DNA of 64,000 nucleotides from contig JAKMXF010000177.1 of assembly GCA_024704765.1 (NCBI GenBank), forward strand, positions 434,001 through 498,000, given 5' to 3'. Below the pieces are notes generated by a model. That model was not told the origin of the DNA. It ran no database searches and was given only the letters and a program-made list of their open reading frames with translations. This document shows positions 1 to 12,400 of this stretch, in pieces; position 1 is the first letter of the stretch, and each line of letters starts with the position of its first letter. The translations under genes were made by a program, and so were the position numbers. This stretch comes from Oopsacas minuta. Lineage: Eukaryota > Animalia > Porifera.

Positions 1-3000
1 ACATTAACAACCCCAGCTTCTAGAGAGGCAAGTAATACTTGTTGGAGTGGGAGGAATGCAATTGAGTGAACTATGGAATTGTTTAGCTTAGGAATTGGCC
101 ATTTATTAGTAGGATTCCATGAATCTTGTCTCTGAAACAGAGTTACAGCCATGTCATTGTAGCTGGAACAGATAACTGCTGAATCAGTGAGAGCCTCAAT
201 AGAGTCTGTCTGATTTCTACAGCTGATAGTCTGGTACAGCTGATGACCTTTCGGTGAGAATATCTTCAGTGTGTTGTCAGAACTAGCAATGAACAGGTGA
301 TTCTGATGTAGTAGCATAGAGGAGATGTCTGTATCAGATACAGACCACTGACCTAGTATAAAACCCATCCGTGTGTCTATCATTATAATACCTCCACTAG
401 AAGTTGCTAAGTAGATGGTATGGTTATCCGTTGTCACGTTGATGTGATGGAATGTGGATGGTATTGACGGTGGGACTACCCAGTCAAACGCCAGTCGGGG
501 AACTCTTGTATCAAGAACAGTGAGTGTGCTCTCATTGGTAGCACTGTATATAACTCGTTGTGTCTGAGGGCTGTTACAATGAATTTGATATACTTTGGAA
601 GGATGTGCGTGTTTGTATGAAGTGTACATTGATTCTATATTCCATATGTGAATACAGCCGTCGTTAGAAACAACACTATCTAAAGAATTAAGGTAGGAGA
701 GAGACCTAATCTGCTTGGTATGACTCTTATAAACTCCATTAGCGTTAACATCTGATTGCAGGGTTGAGTCACACACTCTCCAGACCAACACCTGGTCTCT
801 AGATGATCCAAATATAACATTCTCACAGGGGGTGTGACACAGTTTGCTGATACTAGTCTCAAACCCATGCAATGATTGTACGTGATTAAATACAATTGGC
901 TCACTGTTGGTGTTTTCTATGGTTTGTTTGAGGTACTCAATCCAGTTACATTTGGTATGATAGCTGTGCTGAGAGGTTGAGGGTAGACTGGAGAAGAGAG
1001 AGGGAGTTGGCTTCGGATCTGGTCTGATTCTCTCCTCTGTATAAATAGGATGAGAAGAAAATGAACTGATATCTGTACGGCTACTGATGTTACTACTGTA
1101 GAAGAGAGAAACTAACTCTGTAAGCTCTCTTCTATATGCGAATACTTGCTTTATCTTCTTAACAGTAGGTGTGACTGGTGGAGCAAATGAAGGAATGTCT
1201 ATGTCATTATCCTGGAGGAATATATAAATAGAAGAAGAGAATTGTGAGAGCAAATCCGCATTGAACGTAGCCAGCAGTTGTGTATTAATCTTGTGTTGGT
1301 TGTCAGAAACATTTTCTCTTACAATATCAGCCTCACGAATAATCTGAATAGCAGAGAAGGCGTGGAATATCTTTTTGACAGCTGTCTTGACAGGTGACAC
1401 ATTGTGTGAAAAGAGCTTGGGACCGTTAGAGATCAGCTGGGTCATCAGCTGTAGCAAGGCTATATGCAGGTGATATCTGAACTCTTGACCTCTGGTGAAG
1501 AATGTTGAAGTTGAAGATATAACTTGATATACAACATCTACTATTTCTTTGAGGAACTGATAGAGAGTTTGCTGAATAGTGTCATTCGTCACTGACAACA
1601 GCCATATACTAGCTAATGTTAGAATAGCAGAGAGAAATCCTTCAGTCCTAATGTTTAGGATTCTCTTCTGCATATGAGATATCCAGGAGGTGACGTAGTG
1701 GAAACAGAGGAAAGTAGCGTATTTGTCGTTTGTGAGTGTCAGAATAGAATGAATGGTAACATAACATGTGTCGTGTAGGAATACGTTATGAAACATATCA
1801 AAAGATGTAATATGAGTGAATATCTTACATGAATAGTCTGGTAGAAGAGCAATCAGCTCGCTAAATAAGAATCTGGTAGAAATAGGTATCCCGAAGTAGC
1901 TGAAGAGGAACAGAAGAGTCTCAGAAGCTATGAGAGAGGAAGCAGAGTTGTTGAGGAGATCAACAACTTCTGTGTCTGACTCTTCCATGTGGATGGAGGG
2001 TCTCTCAAGGTGCTTGTAAGGAGCTGCTTCCGTCTGTTTGTGCAGCTGAGTTAGACAATCGGAGAGGAGAGAAATAGATACGGGAGAGGAACAATAGGAT
2101 GAAGTAATTGCTTTCAGAAGATACTTCAGCAAAACTGAGAAATAGTAGTTAGGACCGAACATGTTAATGAGAGATGTCACAAAAGAACTTTTGAACAGAC
2201 AAGGATATAAAGTGTGATCTTTCATGTCACAATACACCCTCTGTACACAACTAATATAGTTGTTGTGTAGATAACTGGTGGGTAGATAGCTAGCTATTAC
2301 TGAGAACACCTCTATGAAGCCTAGTGGAGCTAGAAGGGAGTCTGTGAATACCCACTTACAGTAATCTCCCACCAAATGCAGCCCTTCCTGAGGTATCCTA
2401 CACAGCAACTCAACAGACTCAGATCGTAGCAGATTCAAGATAGGGAAGTAGTCACTAGCTCGGAAGCACTTACGAGCTTCTAAGTGAGAGAGTGAGAAGA
2501 GCTTGTTCTTGAATGAGTATAGCCGAGAGAGGAATACGTGTAGAGGTTCGAAGTAGGAAGGAAACACTAATGGGAACTCAATAGTAACACAGTTCTGCAG
2601 AGAACTATTCTTTATGTATCTGTCCAGTAGAGGTAATAATAACTTTACCTCAGGTATATCTTGTAAAAGATCTTCTCTAAGATTAGCTCTAAGTAAGGTA
2701 GCTCTCTCACTAAGAGAAGCAGTAAAAGGATAGGATTTCAACTGATCGCTGGCTGTAAACTCAATAAACACAATTATCAATACAATCTGTGTGTACTCTG
2801 AACTATGAGATGCAAGGTACAAAAGGTCATGTCCATTTCTCTTAGAGAACTGAGTTTCACTACATTGCTGCTTGGCAGGAGACTGGTCGGAGTAGAACAG
2901 ATTTTCCTCTTCAAATTCATTCAACAATCTGCCTAAGTCCAAATTACTAGGAAGTGAAATGTGGCTGCGATACTTCAACACTTGAGTTTCATCAAGAACG

Positions 3001-4970
3001 TCTTTTCCTCTGAACCGACCAGTAAACGGAAAATGTTTCAGCTTTGTGGTCTCGAAGTCAGAAAAGCCGCGTTTTGTCTCTCCAGGCTTCCTGATAAGAG
3101 GCTCCGTTAAGTCAGCTGGAGGGGCCTGCACAACGTCGAAATGATCTATGTGACAGGACCCGTACAGACCCTGTTCATTAGGATCAGAGTCTACCCCGAT
3201 AATGTTATCAGCGACTGTATTTATGTTATCCTGCTCAATGGATATGATAGAGGATCTGTTAATCCCGCTCTCTAACTCATTATTGGTATTAACCTCCTTT
3301 TCTGATGACAGCTTAGTTTCTCTACCTGTGTAGTATTGGTGTAGATAGTTGGAGATTTGTTTCCTGGGGTGTGGCTCTTTGAATAGCTGATTTACTCCGT
3401 AGTTGTAGGGAGAGCTGTGCTTCTTGATTAGGAAATGAGGAATGTTCTTAGCCTTCAATCCCGCCTCGCCTGTCAATTTATAACCGAAGTACAAATCTAT
3501 CCAATTGTGTAGATTGCTAGACACGTGGTCACTCTCCAGAACACCCCTATGCCAGGCGATAAAGTTCTCAGGAGATTCACACCAATCCGGCACCTTCAGA
3601 TCCGGGAGGTCTGGATGGATGGAGTAGAATACAGAGGGGTCTGAGAAGAATTCAGGAATGCATTCGTCTGGAGTCCATTCCTGTATACGGGCCACATTGG
3701 TTGGGTACTCAGACGGCTCCCAGCGAGGCCTAACATATCTACACAGGACGGAGCGAGGAGTGCGTCTAGCAAGGTAGATAAAGTAAGTAATCTCTGAGAA
3801 TGTATCAGTAACGTGATGAGGCTCTAGCTTAGTTTCTGCTATAGTAGAGCTGTAGGTTGGAGAGGTGTAGGTGAAATCTAGCTGAGCATCTCCCTTGGTG
3901 AGACGATATTTGCTCTTAGTGAAATCTCTCGAAACAACGTCAGGAGATTTAAAGTCAGATACCCACGGTAGAAACGGGTGGTTGTTAGGATCTCCTTTCT
4001 TCCTACCAGCTGCTTCGTTAATCAGCAGCAAATAATTTAGGTTAGAGAGTTTGTTGTCTTGCCAGAGACGAGTGCTTTCCTGGAGCATGCTAGCTCTGCT
4101 GTTGAGTATCTCATCTATCTTTTCATCTTCTACGAGACTAATTGGAAGAGGAGGTGTTACTCCAGTGCTGAATAACCAGAGATTGGGATCTATGTAGAAA
4201 CTAGTAAGATTGAGGGAATTCGAGTCAGTTAGCGAATCACTAAGATCTTCAATACAATGTTTGAGTTGGTAGAGTAAGAAAAGACTTTTGATACGAGAAG
4301 AAAAGAGGAGGGGATTAGAGTACTTAACAGCATCTAGCAGAGTTACTTTAGTGTGTGGATGAATGAAATAGAAATGATCTTCAGTCTCCAGAATAAAATA
4401 AGTTGGTAGGAGATGAGAGGGAAATGAAGGTGAGGTTTGTAAGGACGGTGTATCTTGAGGCAAATCATTAGTAGTTTGAGATGGAACTTGTATAACATTA
4501 CAAGCGAAATAACCCTCTAAGAATTTGCTTTCTAACTTTGTGCTTTGAGAATATGACTTATCTGTGGTAGAAGAATAGCAACCTGACAATAGCTGTCTGT
4601 CTCTTAATTTTAAATTATTCTTGAGTTGAATTAAGTGTGTAAATATTGAGTTAGCACAATCTTGTGTAGTAGGATGAGATAATAACTGTTGCTTTCTCAA
4701 AACAGTAATTATAAAACTGTTCCAGCCCTGAGGCAAATTCGTGAGTATTGATGGCATTAGGAAAGATTTGATTGCTGTCTCATCCAGGTCTGATATGGGA
4801 GGAGTGCTGTACTTATTGGCCTCTCTAACCTGTGATATCCATCTGTTGTTGAGTAGACCATAACATATATTAGATGTATTTTCTTTATCAGAGATGTGTA
4901 GCTGTTTGAGAGGAATGTGAAGGTCCTTGGTAACGAGCGAGAGGACAGAAGGTAGGTCAGCCTGGTGCAT
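1..4970 (-). CDS. WDR81: WD repeat and BEACH domain protein WDR81; apparently single-exon, stop codon lies just outside the window
   Basis: ATG at 4970 (MHQADLPSVLSLVTKDL...). The same frame was confirmed at three sampled points: the N-terminus, about 3720 and the window edge. BEACH segment YLARRTPRSVLCRYVRPRWEPSEYPTNVARIQEWTPDECIPEFFSDPSVFYSIHPDLPDLKVPDW matches the WDR81 family signature as I recall it. The C-terminal WD40 end AFLPLQQVLLASLEAGVVNV reaches position 1. Probably missing from the ORF track because it has no stop in the window. Not every codon was checked. Confidence 0.92.
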   Translation of the reverse strand, partial: MHQADLPSVLSLVTKDLHIPLKQLHISDKENTSNICYGLLNNRWISQVREANKYSTPPISDLDETAIKSFLMPSILTNLPQGWNSFIITVLRKQQLLSHPTTQDCANSIFTHLIQLKNNLKLRDRQLLSGCYSSTTDKSYSQSTKLESKFLEGYFACNVIQVPSQTTNDLPQDTPSLQTSPSFPSHLLPTYFILETEDHFYFIHPHTKVTLLDAVKYSNPLLFSSRIKSLFLLYQLKHCIEDLSDSLTDSNSLNLTSFYIDPNLWLFSTGVTPPLPISLVEDEKIDEILNSRASMLQESTRLWQDNKLSNLNYLLLINEAAGRKKGDPNNHPFLPWVSDFKSPDVVSRDFTKSKYRLTKGDAQLDFTYTSPTYSSTIAETKLEPHHVTDTFSEITYFIYLARRTPRSVLCRYVRPRWEPSEYPTNVARIQEWTPDECIPEFFSDPSVFYSIHPDLPDLKVPDWCESPENFIAWHRGVLESDHVSSNLHNWIDLYFGYKLTGEAGLKAKNIPHFLIKKHSSPYNYGVNQLFKEPHPRKQISNYLHQYYTGRETKLSSEKEVNTNNELESGINRSSIISIEQDNINTVADNIIGVDSDPNEQGLYGSCHIDHFDVVQAPPADLTEPLIRKPGETKRGFSDFETTKLKHFPFTGRFRGKDVLDETQVLKYRSHISLPSNLDLGRLLNEFEEENLFYSDQSPAKQQCSETQFSKRNGHDLLYLASHSSEYTQIVLIIVFIEFTASDQLKSYPFTASLSERATLLRANLREDLLQDIPEVKLLLPLLDRYIKNSSLQNCVTIEFPLVFPSYFEPLHVFLSRLYSFKNKLFSLSHLEARKCFRASDYFPILNLLRSESVELLCRIPQEGLHLVGDYCKWVFTDSLLAPLGFIEVFSVIASYLPTSYLHNNYISCVQRVYCDMKDHTLYPCLFKSSFVTSLINMFGPNYYFSVLLKYLLKAITSSYCSSPVSISLLSDCLTQLHKQTEAAPYKHLERPSIHMEESDTEVVDLLNNSASSLIASETLLFLFSYFGIPISTRFLFSELIALLPDYSCKIFTHITSFDMFHNVFLHDTCYVTIHSILTLTNDKYATFLCFHYVTSWISHMQKRILNIRTEGFLSAILTLASIWLLSVTNDTIQQTLYQFLKEIVDVVYQVISSTSTFFTRGQEFRYHLHIALLQLMTQLISNGPKLFSHNVSPVKTAVKKIFHAFSAIQIIREADIVRENVSDNQHKINTQLLATFNADLLSQFSSSIYIFLQDNDIDIPSFAPPVTPTVKKIKQVFAYRRELTELVSLFYSSNISSRTDISSFSSHPIYTEERIRPDPKPTPSLFSSLPSTSQHSYHTKCNWIEYLKQTIENTNSEPIVFNHVQSLHGFETSISKLCHTPCENVIFGSSRDQVLVWRVCDSTLQSDVNANGVYKSHTKQIRSLSYLNSLDSVVSNDGCIHIWNIESMYTSYKHAHPSKVYQIHCNSPQTQRVIYSATNESTLTVLDTRVPRLAFDWVVPPSIPSTFHHINVTTDNHTIYLATSSGGIIMIDTRMGFILGQWSVSDTDISSMLLHQNHLFIASSDNTLKIFSPKGHQLYQTISCRNQTDSIEALTDSAVICSSYNDMAVTLFQRQDSWNPTNKWPIPKLNNSIVHSIAFLPLQQVLLASLEAGVVN

Positions 4971-5074
4971 TTTACTGATAAGATATCGATAATAAGGTTA
5001 AACAGACATACGGTTATACGCAGTCGTTTCCCTAAGATTTATATTACAGCAATGCATTAATTGTATCCACTGAC

Positions 5075-6104
5075 GGGGGCGAGATACAACTTTTCGTGAT
5101 AAAAAGAAATTGTACATTCGACACATGACACATCCACTTTGCTCATTGATTTCATTTTATAAGGATTTATCACCCAAAAAATTATTAGTAATAAAAGTGA
5201 TCATAAACTCAATTATTTGATTGTTGTCTGCATATATCAAGAAATGGTATAAATGGGATAGTAGTTGAATGCAGTCAACTCACACTCGTTTTCTAATCTA
5301 AAGAATTAATGATCTTCAATTAATATGAGTCAAATTGATTACACTTCTGGAGATGAAGATCATTTCGCTCAAAATGAGAATGCATCCGAAACATCCCTAA
5401 GCCCCGCTGGTCAGACTCAAGTTACTTATCCCAACTCAGTTATTAATAACTGAAACATCGAAAGGTGGAATGTGTGCTTTCTTGTAGATGCTACGTTTAC
5501 ACAAAGAATAGAAATATATATATTACAAGAAGTTACTTAGTGATACTGCGTTAACAAATTATGGATTGAGCTACCACCTCAAGCATATGATTTAGCACTG
5601 TACTCTGAATCAAAATATATTGGTATAAGTAGCAAATTCCTCCTTGATGTTTCCACTAAATTTGAGGAACTACCATTTCACGGTACGATCTGGCCTACCC
5701 CGCACCACCAATGTAGTGGAAGCATGGCACCGTTCTTTTGAATGCCACATCATCCGTCAATATTGCGATTCCTTGATAAATTGAAGAAGGAGCAGGGTCT
5801 AGTCGAGATGAAACAAGCATTTTATATTACCAGGAGAAGGCCGCCAAAACATAGATGATATGATGGGAGGGAAAATTCATTAGAGAACTTGATTGATGGA
5901 TATTTATTATTTAACAAGCCAAAAGACGAATTTCTGAGAGGAGTGCCATACCATTTACATTTAACGATAAAGCTTACGATAATTTGTTATTACTTATTCA
6001 TTACCAGATATTCAGATTAATAAAATAATAAGTAATATGAGTTACAAAAGAATGCACAATTTACTTTTTGGCACGAAATGTCTCTTCACGAAAAGTTTGT
6101 ATCC
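5075..6104 (+). mobile_element. Degenerate Mutator-like (MULE) element
   Basis: Direct repeat TCCACTGAC at 5066-5074 and 6105-6113 (9-bp TSD, typical of MULEs). Imperfect terminal inverted repeat GATACAA(A)CTTTTCGTGA. An internal broken frame reads PRTTNVVEAWHRSF...LRFLDKLKKEQ, the C-terminal motif of MULE transposases. Confidence 0.75.
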
Positions 6105-6408
6105 TCCACTGACACTTTAAATGATATATATATACACTTGCCAACCTCAGTGAAGAAAAAGTGGGAAGGAAGACACTAATTAGTGGGACATCGCGGGATG
6201 GAGCATATTTGTATTAGACTGGACTACAAATAACGAGACTCTTGGCAAGTATGTATACATACTGACAGGGTAATCGCCATAATTATGACTGGTTAAACAG
6301 AATCACAAGGATCAGCCTAATGAATAAACCAAATTTCAACAAATAGTGTACAAACAGGATAAAAGCTGGAAATGTTTAGAAAATAAATATGAGTTTAGCT
6401 TGAACGTT

Positions 6409-9400
6409 TTAGCAATGATGAACTTCAAAAGTCTTCTTAGAAGAAAAGTAGTTTTTACATTTGGTGCACTTCATAACGTGAAGTTCCGTTTGTCTGTCAT
6501 TCTCTTCTTTGTGTATTTGGTGTTTCAGGTTGGGAGGCATCCAAATGCAGGAGAGATACTCCAGTTTATATTCCATTATACACCTAGTCAATAATTCCAT
6601 AATAGTTATTATTATGCGTATATGAGTACGAATAACACAGATATTTACATACCTGACAGTTAAGTCTACTAGCGATGCAATACGTGTTTTCACGGTATAG
6701 TAGTATCTCTAGGAGAAATGGTTAACATTATTAATAAATCTACAGTAGAACTCTGAAAGACGTACTTCGGTTAAAACGTACTATTTTAGTACAACTCCTA
6801 TAGGGAGATCCCCTAGTGGCATTAACGATGTACGACGTCCGTATGTATGTCCGTCCGCGGGGCCATGCGAAATCTAGTAGTCCGATGAACATGAAAATTG
6901 GTATACATACACATCGTATATTTGCACCTCGGGTATGAATTTTTTTCTAAAGTGGATACTTCACACATTTTTGGTGATCAATTTTCACACCTTTCTATTT
7001 AAATACCAAAAGCAGCTAGAGATTAGGTTTCAACATGTTGACAGGGGTAATTGGGTGCGTAGAGTCCGATTTTAAGAGTTTCAGAGTCTGAAAGTGACAA
7101 ATACACACATTTATCATATGATTAATCATATTTCACACCTTTTGTTAATATTCCTAAAATGATGCTAGTGAAGTATAATCGAGTATGTAGATCCAATTTT
7201 GACCTCTCACTCAGTGATTAATCATATGACAAATCATAATTTCACACCTTTTGCACATATTTCAAACTGGTGCTAAACACAGCCTATCAAACTATATTTC
7301 ATTAAATTTGATAGGCAATTCTAATATTATTGATCATATAAATTGGTACATTTTGGCTCGAATAAATGTATTATTGATAGTTAATAATAGGAAATTAGGA
7401 ATATCATCAAACTCTCTCAGGCCGAAATGATGTCGTCTGATTTACAAACAGGGAAATATGTTGTCAAACATGTGCCATTTTTTCAAGCTGTGTTAATGGA
7501 ATACTAGTGCGACTTTGATTCCAAAATTAACAATAAATAATTTATTGATGTTTTCATACAAATATTGAAAATTTGTAATGATAAAGCTATCAGTTATATT
7601 AGATACCATGGATGGCACATATTTGGTCAAATCTCCTTATAATTCGATAGTCGCTGGAGTTATTATCAAATCACTCCAGCTAATATGTACCACATACCCA
7701 ACTTCCCATACCCTTCTAATACATTTTGACAGAATTTCTCAGACCAGTGACACCAATCGTGAATATGCCAATATTTGGTCATCATCAAGATTACGCAATA
7801 ATATTTCAAGATATCTTATAAAAATATATTACAAGGGTATGGGGAGTTGGGTATATAATAAATATTGGCTGGAGTGATCTGACGATAACTCTAGCGACTA
7901 TCGAGTTACAAGTGGATATTGCCAAAACAAATGCCATCCATGGTACCTAATATAACTCAGTAACGTGACAACTTTATAATTAAAAAATTTTGTGTATAAA
8001 CATCCTTAGATCACTTGATATTAATTCTGGAATCTAAGAGGCACTAATGATCGTTTATTAGAGCTTTAAAATGATGCATTTTTGACAATATATTGCCTTT
8101 TAACCAACAGATGAAGTCATTTCGAACTGGGAATAGTATGATGACATAACATATGTAATTAGTTAATATCTATAATACATTTATTCGAGCCAAAATGCGC
8201 CAAGTTATATTATAGAGAAAAATAAAATTGCAGGTCAAATTTAATAGACTTGAAATAATCCATGGTCCAGGAAATTCTATACCGTGGACAGGCTATATTT
8301 CCGTAGGAAATAATAGTTGTTCTTATGAAAAGATTCGAGGCACAAAGTGCCAAGTCACATGCGAACACAAAGTGTTTGCAAGCCGCACACCACGGACAGC
8401 GAAGCGGCTCGGTAAATTATTGAAGTTAGAGAACTTACACAAGATATAAAAGCATCAGTTCTGGTGTATCTATTTGCCAAATAGGTTTTCAACTCCAGCA
8501 CGTCTGCAGGTAGGTTGTCAGCTGGAGGAGACATCAGTGATAAATTTCCTTCCAAGAAGACATTGCTTAAAGAATCCAATAGCACCAATTCAGATGGAAC
8601 GAATTGTATCATATTATCTCTAAGAAAAAAAGTATTGTAAGCAGTTGCTTAAATACGTTATTAGTAATACAGTCGATTTTCCTTACAAAACAGTTAGAAG
8701 CAGTGCTAGTATGACCTACCGCTAGGCTACCTAGAGGTCGCAACTCGTCGCGAGGCCCGTTCGAAATCTGGCCAGGCTTCAGGCCTATAATTTAGGGTCC
8801 CGAATAGACGAGGGAATTAAGTTTTGAAAATTTAACAAATTCCTTTTATAAAATTCTAATCAACTTTGAAATTATCATCACCCACAGTTTCAGATAACTA
8901 TTTGATTCAACAATTTTCATTCAATGTAATCGTTGGTTCGAGTTGATAGCAACCTAACTAGAACATCCTGCATCCCCAAAAGAGGAAATGCTAGCTACGC
9001 CTCTGTCCAGACTTAGTTAACTCTAATGAAATTTAAGGCCTATTAATATTTTTACCGCCTCCACTTTAGAATTTCAGGATAGACAATTAGACAAACTCAA
9101 AAATTCTCAAATAAGATAGCTGGAAAAAGAAATTAGAATTAATGCATACGCGTCGAGAGATTTACCTTAAATCAAATATTATAAGTTTCTTCAAGTACCC
9201 TAAAGTCTTTGGGAGTTCTACCTAATAGAAAAAGTATTATCAATTAACAACAAACTACGTAGGTATATTCTGGTATAGGGTATATTATACAATTTAAAAT
9301 ACATAGGATAGCGGGTTCCAATTGCCAAGAATACAAAATTCAACAAATCGGGAACTTTCTAGTACAAAATAAAAACTGATAAATACCATGGCAAGGCCGA

Positions 9401-12400
9401 AGCAACAGTTCTATGGGTGCCTTGTGTATCCGGACACCCTCTGACATGAAAGTCTTTTGCATTACACTCTATGGCGAGGATTGTTTATACTCATTAGCAC
9501 CAAGTTTAGGTACCTGGGGCCGCAGGGCTGTATCAACTCATTTTGAGTAGCAAAAAATCTTGTTTTTTGTCTACCAATTCATTCAATCCATTCAACTCAT
9601 TCGATTTGCCGCTACCAACCCATTCAAAAATATTGAGTTGATTTGACCAACTCATTTTTATAACAAAGAGTTAAACTAGATATAAAGAGTTCAAAACATC
9701 ATAACTGATGCATTGCTGTTACAGCGAGTAAATTATTACATCATTTCCCTAGATGATTCCCAATTCTTGGAACGGATAATGTACCTACTATTCATACCTC
9801 CTGGCCAGATTTGCGTTGTCATCTCATTCATTTGATCACAACCAACTCATTCAAGAAAATGGGTTGATTTTGCCAATTCAAAATGAGTTGGTATAGCCCT
9901 GCCTGGGGGTCTGGATCCCCTAGGTTTGGAGGCAGAGACTTTATTTATACGAAGTTTACATAGAAACCATGCGAAATTTTGAAACGGGGGGTATGTATGC
10001 CCCGTAATATTTCATGTTAGCTAATATTTCTCAGATTTTACCATTGGGAAAATTTTACATTCTCAAGATATTTTCATTTTCGTAATTTGTCATATCCCCA
10101 AATTTCCATCCAGCCACATTATATAAGGGATTTCCTAGTCAATACCGAGTGTTCAATAAGTTCGAGTAAACTATACAAAGCACTTACAGTAGAGCTAATT
10201 TAACGTAACCACATACATACCTAGTGAACCATACTTCCTAACCAAATTTCAGGATTATAAGTACTATACTCGATTTTTTGTAGCCAATTTTATAATCGTC
10301 ACTTTCAATATTTTAATATTATGGAAAATTTGAATAAGAGAGATTTCCGTGCCATCATTTTCTACAATTTCAAACGTGGATTAAACGTTGCGGATTGCAG
10401 TTGTGAGATGTTTTCTATCTTTGGGGATCAAAGTCCAACCCAATCCAACATCTACAAGTGGTATCGTCAATTCCGTTTAGGCCACACATCCCTTGACGAT
10501 GAGGAGAATATCGACAAAGTATCGAAGCTAGTAACTGAGGATAGGAAAATCACTGTCAGACAGTTAGCTTTCGAGGTTTCGGTCTCATCGGGGACAATAG
10601 AAACCATCTTACACCAACACCTTGGGCTAAAGAGGGTTTGTTCTAAGTTGGTCCCCCATTTATTAAATTTTGAGCAAAAAAATCGTCGACTCGAATTTTG
10701 TCGTTTTATGCTGCTAAAGTATTCCAAAAAAGATTCGCGACGCTGGTCAGAAGTCATAACTGGTGACGAGACATGGATCTATTATTAAGACATTCAATCA
10801 AAGCAGCAGAGCTCAAAATGGATCTTTGAAGACGAGCAACCGGACACAATTCCTAAGCAAACCAGGGCGGTCGGCAAGCGAATGTTTGCTGTTTTCTTCT
10901 CTACAAGAGGGATAATAGAATATGTGATGCTTCCTGAGAAGCACACTGTTACTGCAACTTGGTACACTGAAAATTGTCTTCCGCAAGTGTTCCAAGCTGT
11001 CGAGAGGTTGCGTCCAAAGACTGGTCTTCGCGGAATGAAAGTCCACCATGACAATGCTCCAGCTCACACTGCACGAAAAACTAAGGACTATATCAACCAA
11101 TCGGGGCTAGAATTGACCGATCATCCACCCTATAGCCCAGATCTAGCCCCTTGTGACTTCTGGTTGTTTCCTACTATAAAACGCCATCTAAAAGGTAGAC
11201 GTTTTGATTCGGAAACAGAGCTGAGCGCCGCATTTTTGGATGCAATTGACCTCATACCAGAAAGTCGCTACTCAAGACTATTTGACATGTGGTTAGAACG
11301 GTGTCAAAGGTGTATTGATGCTAATGGGGAGTATTTCGAACATTTGAAATAGTATTTTTATATCTATCTGTACTGTAAGCATACTTTTACCCGAACTTAT
11401 TGAACACTCGGTATGTTCAACAATCTAATCATTAATTACGTATATGTATACTTATATGATAGATTTCATTCACCTTTAATAGCATACACTGATTCGTTTA
11501 GCTTCTGAGTTATATCAGGTATGTTTACATGGTGAAGCCGAAAATGATTTGATAGGCCGCATACTTTGGAATTACAGATAAACAAGTAAGTATTATCTCT
11601 AACAGATATTCCTATCCTAACTAATAATGTGAGTGGGACAGTCTTTAATCGATAAAATGGCTGACAAATTCGTTTTTCATAAGTCAATCACATTTCAAAG
11701 TCCATATTCCTTAAATGTTATATTCGTGAAAAAATTATCTCAAGGTTGTGCCAATTCACTCTCTCGTCATATTTAGGATCCTTCTAGGTATAACCTCTGT
11801 TCTTTGCATAATAGAAACCGAAGAAAGAATAATAATAATGCGTAATCATCTTCCTATATCTTGTCAGGTATGCCGATCTACAAGGGAAATGATGGGCCTA
11901 AAATTGAGAATACAACTCAAATTGAAGAATGAATCGAGTTATCTGAATCTGATTTCCAATATCAAAACTCACAGATATATTCGCTTGGAGACTAAGAGAT
12001 ACGCCTGAGAAATGTTCAAAATGCTTTAGCTCTATTATTGATCATTCTTGTACATCAGTCAATACTGCCAGAATATACTAAAATTCTTTGAAGAGAAAGG
12101 AAGTATAGCCGAAGAAATTATTAAAATTTTGCTACTTAAACGGGCTGAAAAGGTCAATTTAGCAGAAATATCGGTTGATAATCTGCGTGTGAGGTTATTT
12201 CATGGCTTTATGGTATACAAGTCCCAAACATTGACGATAATGATCCTATTGAATTTCAGCAAGATCTTGCTATTTCCAACCGTAACTCTCATAAATTTTG
12301 CCAATTTATTTATAAGCATGGATGAAAATCCTAGCCTTACGTCTATCACAAAGTCAAAATGAGAGAAACCACTTAGATCTCTTTGCTCAGACAACTCTCT

